From NCBI GenBank assembly GCA_947501605.1, contig CANMWZ010000005.1:64001-128000 (forward strand): a stretch of DNA of 64,000 nt. The letters run 5' to 3'. Below the pieces are notes generated by a model. The model saw nothing but the letters and a program-made list of their open reading frames with translations, was not told the DNA's origin and did no database searches. This document shows positions 9,665 to 17,579 of this stretch, in pieces (the first letter of the stretch is position 1; the number at the start of each line of letters is the position of its first letter). The position numbers and the translations under genes are program-made. Source of the DNA: Planctomycetota bacterium. GTDB lineage: Bacteria; Planctomycetota; UBA1135; UBA2386.

Positions 9665-11401
9665 ATGGCCGACGACACGAACAGCAGCAAGATGGCGATG
9701 ACGACGATCGAGGACCGAGCGCTGGCGTCCGGGTGTGCGGAGTATCTGCACGGCGCGTTCCTCGAGTACAACGCGCAGTTCCGCACGATCACGCGGCGCG
9801 CCAAGGCTCGCTTCGAGCGGCGCGACTGGCAGGGCGGGCAGCGCGATGCTGCCGAGCGGATCGACCTCTATGACGAGCACGTGAAGGCGTCGGTCGAACA
9901 CCTTCAGCAGTTGCTCGGCGAACGCTCGCGCGATCGGGGATTCTGGGTCAGTGTCAAGGCAACGTTCGTTGACGTGGTCGCGCACTATCCCGACGTCGAG
10001 TTCACCAAGACCTACTTCAGTTCGGTCACACGGCGAGTGTTCAGCACGGCGGGCGTCGACCCAGCGATCCAGTTCACCGGCGAGGAGACGATCCCGCTGC
10101 GCAACATCGACGGTCCCCTGATCGGTCGAAACTACTGCAACAGCGGTTCGCTGGAGGCGATGTTCGACACGTTGCTCGCCGACCACGAGTGGACCGTCAG
10201 TCACGCCGACCGAACGCGCTGTGCCAGCTACGTTGCCATGCAGGTCCGCGAGCACTACGCCCGCCATCTCCACGGCGACGCCGTGATCTGCGTCGATGTG
10301 CTGCCGGCGGTCTTCTACCGCGACACGCGGGCCTACGTGATCGGCAAGACCACGGGGTGGACCAACAGTTCCCCGCTCGTGATCGCCCTCGAACACACCG
10401 AGCGCGGCATCGCGGTCGACGCCGTGATTCAGACCGAGGAGGCCGTGGCGGTGATGTTTGGTTTCGCGCGGTCCTACTTCCACGTCGATCTGGAGCCAGT
10501 CGGGTCGGCCGTCGTGTTCCTCCGCAAGGTCGTGCCGCGCGAGACCGTGCACGAGCTGTTCACGATCCTCGGTCGCGCCAAACAAGGGAAGACCGAGCGT
10601 TTCCGGGGTTTGGAGCGGCACCTGCGCTTCTCGCGCGACAGCTTCGTCGTCGCCCCGGGCAAGAAGGGCATGGTGATGGCCGTGTTCACGCTGCCGTCGT
10701 ACGACGTGGTGTTCAAAGTGATCCGCGATCGCTTTCCCTTCCCCAAGGACACCTCGCACGACGAGGTGAAGCAGCACTACAAGCTGGTCGCCCGTCATGA
10801 CAAGGCGGGCCGCTTGGTCGATGCACAGGAGTTTCGCATGCTCCGCTTCGAGCGTTCGCGATTCGAGGGCAAGCTGCTCGATGAGTTGCTGACCGAGGCG
10901 GCGCGCACGACGCGCGTCGACGGGGACTCGGTGGTCATCGCCCATGCCTACATCGAGCGCCGCCTGCGGCCGCTCGATCTCTACCTGCGCGAAGTCGACC
11001 TCGACACCGCGATCCGCGCCGTTCTCGACTTCGGCCAGGCGCTGCGCGACCTCGCCGCGACCAACATCTTTCCCGGCGACATCCTGCTCAAGAACTGGGG
11101 CGTCGGGCGCACCGGGCGCGTGGTCTTCTACGACTACGACGAACTGTGTCTGCTCACCGACTGCGTGTTCCGCGACATGCCGGTTGCCGTCACCCACGAG
11201 GACGAGATGTCGGCCGAGCCGTGGTTCTCGGTCGGCGCCAACGACGTGTTCCCCGAGCAGTGGGCCGCCTTTCTCGGGATGACGCCGGCCCTGTTGGCGG
11301 CCTTCTGCGAGGAGCACGGGGAGTTGCTGACGGCCAAGTGGTGGCGCGGCATCCAGCAGCGGTTGCGCAAAGGCGAGGTGCTCGAACTGCTGCCCTATTG
11401 A
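9665..11401 (+). CDS. aceK: Bifunctional isocitrate dehydrogenase kinase/phosphatase
   Basis: APGKKGMVMAVFTLPSYDVVFKVIRDRF, HDKAGRLVDAQEF, NIFPGDILLKNWGV, RVVFYDYDEL, DVFPE. Start could be 9665, 9692 or 9698. Confidence 0.95.
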   Translation: MADDTNSSKMAMTTIEDRALASGCAEYLHGAFLEYNAQFRTITRRAKARFERRDWQGGQRDAAERIDLYDEHVKASVEHLQQLLGERSRDRGFWVSVKATFVDVVAHYPDVEFTKTYFSSVTRRVFSTAGVDPAIQFTGEETIPLRNIDGPLIGRNYCNSGSLEAMFDTLLADHEWTVSHADRTRCASYVAMQVREHYARHLHGDAVICVDVLPAVFYRDTRAYVIGKTTGWTNSSPLVIALEHTERGIAVDAVIQTEEAVAVMFGFARSYFHVDLEPVGSAVVFLRKVVPRETVHELFTILGRAKQGKTERFRGLERHLRFSRDSFVVAPGKKGMVMAVFTLPSYDVVFKVIRDRFPFPKDTSHDEVKQHYKLVARHDKAGRLVDAQEFRMLRFERSRFEGKLLDELLTEAARTTRVDGDSVVIAHAYIERRLRPLDLYLREVDLDTAIRAVLDFGQALRDLAATNIFPGDILLKNWGVGRTGRVVFYDYDELCLLTDCVFRDMPVAVTHEDEMSAEPWFSVGANDVFPEQWAAFLGMTPALLAAFCEEHGELLTAKWWRGIQQRLRKGEVLELLPY

Positions 11402-11494
11402 GACCGCCGCGTTCGCCGCAGCCGCGGCTTTCGGCGAAGGTCCCCGCCGCTCCGGTTCTTGGTCTTGCGATCCCGAGTGACATCGAACTCCGCG

Positions 11495-11760
11495 TCGGCA
11501 GAGCCATCGAGGTGAACGTCTGCGTTCGCGCCGCTGCCGGGGCGCCGATCGCGGGGGCCGAAGTCTGGCTTGGCGCCGCCGCTTTGCAGCAGGAGGCCCT
11601 GCGGCGCGACCGAGTTGCCGAGCTGTTGCGACTCGCCAAGGCGGGGACGGGATCAGGGGGCGGTCGCGGTCCTGTCACCGACGCCAAAGGCTGCGCCACC
11701 TTTGCCAAGGTCCCGATGCTGGCCGGGCTGAAGGTGCATGCCGCCGACGCTGTTGGTCGT
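11495..11760 (+). pseudogene. Possible remnant of a carboxypeptidase-regulatory-like (transthyretin-like) domain
   Basis: In-frame translation VNVCVRAAAGAPIAGAEVWL...VTDAKGCATFAKVP resembles the G.PI.GA.V...TD..G.F.F..LP pattern; no convincing start codon or signal peptide. Confidence 0.35.
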
Positions 11761-11892
11761 GACGGTGGGGCGCAGGTCGCACTCCCTGGCGCTGCGGATC
11801 GGGTGCGCTGCGACGGCGTGCTTCGCTGCGCAATCTTGCGATCCTGCATTTCGCGCGCGCCGCGCCGACAGGAGCCACGTAGCGTTCGCTGG

Positions 11893-12558
11893 GTGATCCC
11901 GCACGAACTCGTACGCACTGCCCAGATCCCCGGTGGAGGCGAGCTGCGTTGCTACCGCCATGACGACGCCTACCTGATCCGCGTCGACGGGATCGAGTTG
12001 ATGAGCAGTCGCGTCCACGGCTCGGAAGAAGAACTTGCGGAGCTGGCACTGAAGCGCCTCGGCCGGACGTCGCCGCGCGTGCTGATCGGCGGACTCGGCA
12101 TGGGCTACACGCTGGCTCGCACGCTGCAGCTCGTCGATGAGCACGCAGTCGTCGAAGTGGCGGAGATCTCGCCCGAGATCGTCGAGTGGAACCGCGACGT
12201 CTTTGGCCACTGCGCCGGCGATCCGTTGAAGGATCCGCGGGCCAAAGTTCTGATGAGCGACGTCGCCGAGCGCATCGGCAGCGTCAACGGGCTCTACGAC
12301 GCGATGCTGCTCGACGTCGACAACGGCCCCAACGGGCTCGTTCGACCTGACAATGATCGCATTTACAGCGCCAACGGACTCGAGCGCGCCCACAAGGCAC
12401 TGCGCCCAGGCGGCGTGCTCGCGGTTTGGTCCGCCCGCAGCGACGATCGCTTCGCCGATCGGTTGCGTCGGGGCAGTTTCGATGTGGTCGAGCACCGCGT
12501 GCGTGCCCGACGCACACGCGGCCCCGTTCGCACCATTTGGGTCGGGGCGAGGCGGTGA
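11893..12558 (+). CDS. Spermidine-synthase-like SAM-dependent methyltransferase
   Basis: ELMSSRVHGSEEELA, VLIGGLGMGYTL, LLDVDNGP, LRPGGVLAVWSA; GTG start. Confidence 0.85.
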   Translation: MIPHELVRTAQIPGGGELRCYRHDDAYLIRVDGIELMSSRVHGSEEELAELALKRLGRTSPRVLIGGLGMGYTLARTLQLVDEHAVVEVAEISPEIVEWNRDVFGHCAGDPLKDPRAKVLMSDVAERIGSVNGLYDAMLLDVDNGPNGLVRPDNDRIYSANGLERAHKALRPGGVLAVWSARSDDRFADRLRRGSFDVVEHRVRARRTRGPVRTIWVGARR

Positions 12559-12560
12559 CG

Positions 12561-12896
12561 ATGCCGAGGCAGACCTGGTCGGTCTACCTCGTTCGCAGGG
12601 CCGACGGCGCACTTTATTGCGGCATTGCCAAAGACGTGAAGGCGCGGCTCTCGACGCACGAGCGCGGCCTTGGCAGCAAAGCCCTGCGTGGGCGCGGTCC
12701 GCTGCGGCTCGTCTGGTCGCGACGCATCGGCACGCGGGCTCTGGCCCAGCGCATCGAGGCCGCGATCAAACGCTTGCCGAAGGTCGACAAAGAACGGCTC
12801 GCGGTCGAGCGCGCATTCGCAGCGCGCTGGCTTGCTCGGCAGCGGGTGGTCGGCGCGAACAACGCCAAAAGGGCACAGCCCGCGCCGATGTCGTAG
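12561..12896 (+). CDS. Stand-alone GIY-YIG nuclease (UPF0213/YhbQ-like)
   Basis: WSVYLVRRADGALYCGIAKDVKARL..H..G.GSKALRGRGP...E..IKRL; coupled to the upstream gene (alternative GTG at 12555). Confidence 0.9.
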   Translation: MPRQTWSVYLVRRADGALYCGIAKDVKARLSTHERGLGSKALRGRGPLRLVWSRRIGTRALAQRIEAAIKRLPKVDKERLAVERAFAARWLARQRVVGANNAKRAQPAPMS

Positions 12897-12905
12897 TCGC
12901 CGCGA

Positions 12906-13448
12906 TCAGACCTGCGCCGGCTCGTAGCCAGCCGCGATCCGCAACACGCCAGTCGCCGCGATCTCCTTCGCCGTGACGCCGACGCCTTGCACGTAGACGG
13001 CAATGCCGAGCATCGTCGGGCCGAGCGAGAAGGTCATGCCGCCGAAGTCGATGCCGGTGGCCACGACATAGTCGGTCTTCAACAGCGGCGGCAGCGACGG
13101 CAACTGGATCGTGTTGGGGGCTGCGGCGGCGAGCAGGATGCCGAGGAATGGCTTGTCTCCTTGGTTGGCCGCGAGCTTTGCGAACAGGTGACCATTGCGG
13201 ACGAGTCGCAGCGACACCGAGAACGGTGCGTCTGCGACCGGGTCGACGGGACGGATGTCGGGTTCGCTCGCGGCCACGTCGGCGACCGCCGCCACGGCGG
13301 CGTCGATCGGCCGCGCCGAGGGCACCTTCACGAGCGGCTCGTGCTGGCTGTTCTGCTCGGGCGCGGGCAGCGCGGCGATCTCATAGCGCTGGGCGCAGAG
13401 GGAGCTGGTCATCGAAGCGAGGAGGGCGATGGGGAGCAGGGTCTTCAT
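12906..13448 (-). CDS. Hypothetical secreted protein
   Basis: Signal peptide MKTLLPIALLASMTSSLCAQ; beta-rich C-terminal half ending LGIAVYVQGV...ATGVLRI. Confidence 0.7.
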   Translation of the reverse strand: MKTLLPIALLASMTSSLCAQRYEIAALPAPEQNSQHEPLVKVPSARPIDAAVAAVADVAASEPDIRPVDPVADAPFSVSLRLVRNGHLFAKLAANQGDKPFLGILLAAAAPNTIQLPSLPPLLKTDYVVATGIDFGGMTFSLGPTMLGIAVYVQGVGVTAKEIAATGVLRIAAGYEPAQV

Positions 13449-13548
13449 GGCTGGATCTCGTTGGTTTGGTGTAAGCAGTCCGCTGGGGACACGCTTGCCA
13501 AGGGGAGATCGCAGCGGCACCGCAGGGTGCTGTTGACGGTTCTTGGCG

Positions 13549-14286
13549 TCAGCCGCGGACGTGCAACGTAGCCAGCAGCGCGAGATGGTCGGAGGCAGTC
13601 GCCGCCGGTGCATGGCGTATGCGGTTCAGCTCACGGACCTCGACCTCACCTCGCACGTAGAGGCTGTCGAGGGCGCGCAACGGTGCATAGGCCGGAAACG
13701 TGGCCAGCGGGCGCTGTGGTCCGCGAAATCCGTTGGGCTCGAGCAAGCGCGGGCCGAGCGTGCCCCAGACATCGTTGAAGTCGCCAGCGACCACGATCGG
13801 GGTGCGCCGGTGCAGGCCTGCGAACGGGTGCGCGGCGAGAAACTGGACCAGTTGGCGGCGACGTTCGCGTTCGCCGAGTCCGAGATGGAGGTTGAAGGCG
13901 TGGAGTGCGCGCGTGCCGGCGCCGTCCAGCGCCAGGCGTACCTCGGCATGCAAGATCGACCGCTGCTTCTTGCCAGGCTGGGTGATGTCAATGTTCTCGG
14001 TCGCGACGATCGGGAAGCGGCTGAGCACGGCGTTGCCGTACGACCCGCGCCGGACGCCGAAGCGCACGTTGACGAAGTAGCTGCGGTGGGGGAGACCGAG
14101 GAGATCCCCGAGCACGTCGACTTGGCGTTCGCCGCGGTACCACGTGCCATCTTCGGCGACTTCCTGCAGCAGCACGAGGTCGGGCGCGCAGCTCGCGATC
14201 AAGTTGGCGGTGCGTGCGGGGTCGTAACGGCGGTCGAGACCCCCGGTGCACTTGTGGATGTTCCAACTGAGGACGCGGACGAGCAT
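13549..14286 (-). CDS. Endonuclease/exonuclease/phosphatase (EEP) family protein
   Basis: SWNIHK, LQEV, GNAVLSRFP, NLHLGL, AGDFN, SDHL motifs. Confidence 0.92.
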   Translation of the reverse strand: MLVRVLSWNIHKCTGGLDRRYDPARTANLIASCAPDLVLLQEVAEDGTWYRGERQVDVLGDLLGLPHRSYFVNVRFGVRRGSYGNAVLSRFPIVATENIDITQPGKKQRSILHAEVRLALDGAGTRALHAFNLHLGLGERERRRQLVQFLAAHPFAGLHRRTPIVVAGDFNDVWGTLGPRLLEPNGFRGPQRPLATFPAYAPLRALDSLYVRGEVEVRELNRIRHAPAATASDHLALLATLHVRG

Positions 14287-14311
14287 CGTGATACCAAGAC
14301 CCCGCTTCCGC

Positions 14312-14950
14312 TCAGTGGCAGCAGCCTCCTTGCGAAGCCAGGACACCACGCCACAGCAGCACGACGGCGGCCAGCAGCATGGCGAGGGTTTGAACGAGCT
14401 TCAGTGTGCGCGGTGACAGCCGCCGAGCCAAGGACGGAGCGTGCCACTGCGCCAGCACCAGGAGTGGCAGCGAGCCCAGTGCAAAGCCGAGCATGACGAT
14501 CGCCCCATTCGGCGCCGAGCCGGCGACCGTCGCCGCCGCGCATGCTGACCACAACAGACCGCATGGCAACAGCGGCGTGCAGACGCCGAGCAAGCCGGCT
14601 CGCAGCGTCGGCGACAGTCGGCGGCTTTTCGCAGTGGCTCGCGCCAGCAGTCGCGACAAGAACGGGATCTTCAGACTGCCGCGTTCGCCGACCAGTGCCA
14701 GCAGCACGAGGCCGATGGCGAGCACGTAGGCCACTGTCGCCGTCGGAACACCGACTTCGTGGCTGCCGAGCAAGGCGCCACTACCGCCAAGGGCGGTGCC
14801 GACTGCGGAGTACGACAGTGCTCGTCCCATCTGGTAGGCAGTGGTGGCTCGCGGACTGGCGCCGAACGCGATTGCAAGCGGCCCGCACATGCAGGCGCAG
14901 TGCACGGAGTTGGCGGCGCCGAAAATGAAACTCTCGATCAGCAGGGACAT
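14312..14950 (-). CDS. DsbD_2/TauE-like membrane protein associated with cbb3 oxidase biogenesis
   Basis: SVHCACMCGPL, Y..GR..SY, LLPCGLLW, ML.FALGS.P, C-terminal CCH. Confidence 0.88.
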   Translation of the reverse strand: MSLLIESFIFGAANSVHCACMCGPLAIAFGASPRATTAYQMGRALSYSAVGTALGGSGALLGSHEVGVPTATVAYVLAIGLVLLALVGERGSLKIPFLSRLLARATAKSRRLSPTLRAGLLGVCTPLLPCGLLWSACAAATVAGSAPNGAIVMLGFALGSLPLLVLAQWHAPSLARRLSPRTLKLVQTLAMLLAAVVLLWRGVLASQGGCCH

Positions 14951-14961
14951 TGGGTCGTCGC

Positions 14962-17385
14962 ATGCGCATTCCTGCCGCGACCGTGGTGGAACGTGAAGTG
15001 CCGGGCCGGATTTCGGCGAGTCTCCCGGTGGTTGCGAAGGCCGCGACGGTCAGGTGTAAGCACTGTGGCTTGGTTGTGTCGGAAGAACGGCGCAGTTCGC
15101 CCTTCTGCTGCGCCGGTTGCGAAGCGGTTGCCGGGCTTTTGCAGCAAGAGGGGCTGCAGCAGTTCTACCTACTTGGCGGTGGATCACTCGGGTCTGTCGG
15201 CTCAGTGCCTCGCAAAGCAGTGCTCGACTGGTTGCCCGAACAGGAGCAGAAGCATCGACTCGCGGACGGCACCGTGTGTCTGCCGCTCGATGTGCAAGGG
15301 CTGCGCTGCGCTGCTTGCGTCTGGTTGCTGCAAGAAGTCTGGAAGCGGCAGGTCGGCGCGCTCGCCTTGCGTGTCGATCCGTCGATGGGGCGCGCGCTCT
15401 TGGTGTATCGGAGCGAACACGGGACTGCTGGTGCGTTCCTCGAACGCACCGCCCGCCTCGGCTACCCGATGGCTCCGGCGACGCGGACGATGCAGCGCGA
15501 CACATCGCTGTTGCTGCGCCTAGGCATCTGCTCCGCGCTCGCGATGAACGCGATGATCCTGGCGGTGTCGCAGTACTGCGGTCTCGGCGAATCGGACCCG
15601 GCACTCGACCGCTTGTTCTCGTGGGTGGCACTCGCGCTGGCGACGGGCAGCGTCGTTGTGGGCGGCCCGGTGTTCTTCAAGGCGGCGATCTCTGGCCTGC
15701 GTACGGGTGTCGTGCACATGGACTTGCCGATTTCGCTCGGCCTCTTGCTCGCCTACGCCGGTTCGATCCACGGGCAGTTCACCGGCACCGCGATGTACTA
15801 CGACACGGTGGCGATGTTCACCGCGTTGATGCTCGGCGGGCGCTTCTTGCAGCAGCGTTCGCTGCAGCGCGGTCGCGACCAGGTCCTGGCCGACGACGGT
15901 GCTGAGCACTTGCGCGTGCGACGACTCGAACACGGCTCGATCGAGAGCTGCAAGGTCACTGCGGTCGAGGTCGGCGACGAACTCGTCCTCGCGCCGGGCG
16001 ACCTCGTGCCGGTGCGGTGCAGGCTGCTGACCGAGGCGAGCTGTTCGCTCGATTGGATCAACGGCGAATCGGAGCCGCGAGCGTTTGCCGCCAACGATTC
16101 CGTGCCGGCCGGGGCCTTCGTCGCCAGTCGCCGAGCCGTGCGCATGGTCGCCGAAGCGACCTACCTGGACTCGGGTTTGGCCGAACTGCTGTCGCAGCCA
16201 CCGCCCGATCGCGAGGACCCGCATGGTCGCGTGCGCTTCTGGCAGCGCCTCGCGCGCAGCTATGTCCTCGGCGTCCTGCTGCTGGCGGCTCTCGCGGCGG
16301 CCATGTGGTCTTGGATCGACCCGCAGCGGTCGCTCCCGGTCGCGATCTCGCTGTTGGTCATCACCTGTCCGTGCGCGTTCGGGCTCGCCGCGCCGCTGGC
16401 GTTCCATCTGGCGCTTTCTGGCCTGCGGCGGCAGGGCATCTTCGTTCGAACGCGCAGCTTGCTCGACAAGCTGGCGCGCGTACGAAAGGTCGTCTTCGAC
16501 AAGACCGGCACCGTGACGCACGGCGGCCTGAGTGCGAAGGTGGTGCAGCCGGCAGTGGGCTCCTGGCGTTCCGTGCTCCTGACCATGGCGGCGTCGAGCA
16601 ACCACCCGGCGAGCCAAGCGGTGCTGCAGGCGATGGCCAGCGAAGCGGCGCACGCGGGCACCGTCTTCGATGGCGGACTCCTGGTGGAGGAGATCCCAGG
16701 CGGAGGCTTGCAGGCGGAGGTCGCGGGTCGCGTCGTGCGCCTCGGGAGCCCCTCGTTCACGGGCATTGGGCCGATCAGCGAAGCGGGGCGGGAGTGCGTC
16801 CTGGCCAGCGCTGGCGAAGTCCTCGCTCGCTACGTGCTCGAGGAGGACTTCCGCATCGGGGTGCGCGAAGAGGTCGCGATGTTGCGGGCGCGCGGACTGC
16901 AGGTGCATCTGCTCTCTGGCGATCGCAAGGACCGGGTGGCGACCGCAGCGCATCAGCTCGGGATCGATGCTGCCGCGGCGCATGGCGAAATGGCGCCCGA
17001 GCAGAAGGCCGCGTTCGTGCGCGCACTCGACGACGACGACACGCTGATGGTCGGCGATGGCATCAACGATGCGCCTGCCTTCGCGGCGGCGTTCTGCGCC
17101 GGCACGCCGGCGATGGACCGGCCGGTGCTGCCGCATCGGGCCGACTTCTTCTTTCGCGGCGCCAATGCCGGCGCGGTCTCGGCGGTGCTTGCGCTCGCGG
17201 ATCGCTACCGCAAGGTCACGCGCACCAATCTCGCACTGGCGCTGCTCTACAACACGTCCACCGTGGTGCTCGCCTTCACTGGCCACATCACGCCGCTCGC
17301 TTGCGCGGTCCTGATGCCGCTCAGCTCCATTGCGCTGATCGCGCTCACGTCGGCGCGCCTTGCGCACGAAGGCGGTCGCCGATGA
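14962..17385 (+). CDS. ccoI: Cu-translocating P1B-type ATPase for cbb3 oxidase assembly
   Basis: N-terminal CKHC..FCCAGC domain, HMA CAAC, CPC, DKTGT, HP, GDGIND, YN and MPLSS. Start uncertain (14962 ATG or 15028 GTG). Confidence 0.92.
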   Translation: MRIPAATVVEREVPGRISASLPVVAKAATVRCKHCGLVVSEERRSSPFCCAGCEAVAGLLQQEGLQQFYLLGGGSLGSVGSVPRKAVLDWLPEQEQKHRLADGTVCLPLDVQGLRCAACVWLLQEVWKRQVGALALRVDPSMGRALLVYRSEHGTAGAFLERTARLGYPMAPATRTMQRDTSLLLRLGICSALAMNAMILAVSQYCGLGESDPALDRLFSWVALALATGSVVVGGPVFFKAAISGLRTGVVHMDLPISLGLLLAYAGSIHGQFTGTAMYYDTVAMFTALMLGGRFLQQRSLQRGRDQVLADDGAEHLRVRRLEHGSIESCKVTAVEVGDELVLAPGDLVPVRCRLLTEASCSLDWINGESEPRAFAANDSVPAGAFVASRRAVRMVAEATYLDSGLAELLSQPPPDREDPHGRVRFWQRLARSYVLGVLLLAALAAAMWSWIDPQRSLPVAISLLVITCPCAFGLAAPLAFHLALSGLRRQGIFVRTRSLLDKLARVRKVVFDKTGTVTHGGLSAKVVQPAVGSWRSVLLTMAASSNHPASQAVLQAMASEAAHAGTVFDGGLLVEEIPGGGLQAEVAGRVVRLGSPSFTGIGPISEAGRECVLASAGEVLARYVLEEDFRIGVREEVAMLRARGLQVHLLSGDRKDRVATAAHQLGIDAAAAHGEMAPEQKAAFVRALDDDDTLMVGDGINDAPAFAAAFCAGTPAMDRPVLPHRADFFFRGANAGAVSAVLALADRYRKVTRTNLALALLYNTSTVVLAFTGHITPLACAVLMPLSSIALIALTSARLAHEGGRR

Positions 17386-17579
17386 GCGTCGTCCCTGTTC
17401 TGCTCTTCTGCAGCTTGGTGCTCGTGGCCTGCTCGCTCGTCTTGTTCGTGGTCTCGGCGCGGCAGGGGGACTGCCACGAGTCGGACCGCATGTGCCTCTT
17501 GCCGCTCGAGGACGATTGCGCTGCTGCGCCGACTGTCGCGAGCCAAACCGTCATTCCTGTTTCGGAGAACGTTTCATGA
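17382..17579 (+). CDS. ccoS: cbb3-type oxidase maturation protein
   Basis: 65 aa, single TM; ATGA overlaps with both ccoI and ccoN. Confidence 0.75.
   Translation: MSVVPVLLFCSLVLVACSLVLFVVSARQGDCHESDRMCLLPLEDDCAAAPTVASQTVIPVSENVS

Noticed and set aside
12561..12896. GIY-YIG gene as a homing endonuclease or mobile element
   Set aside because: Short catalytic-domain-only UPF0213 type, with no intron, DNA-binding extension or flanking repeats.
14940..15040. FNR/Anr box upstream of the cbb3 operon
   Set aside because: No TTGAT-N4-ATCAA match found by eye.
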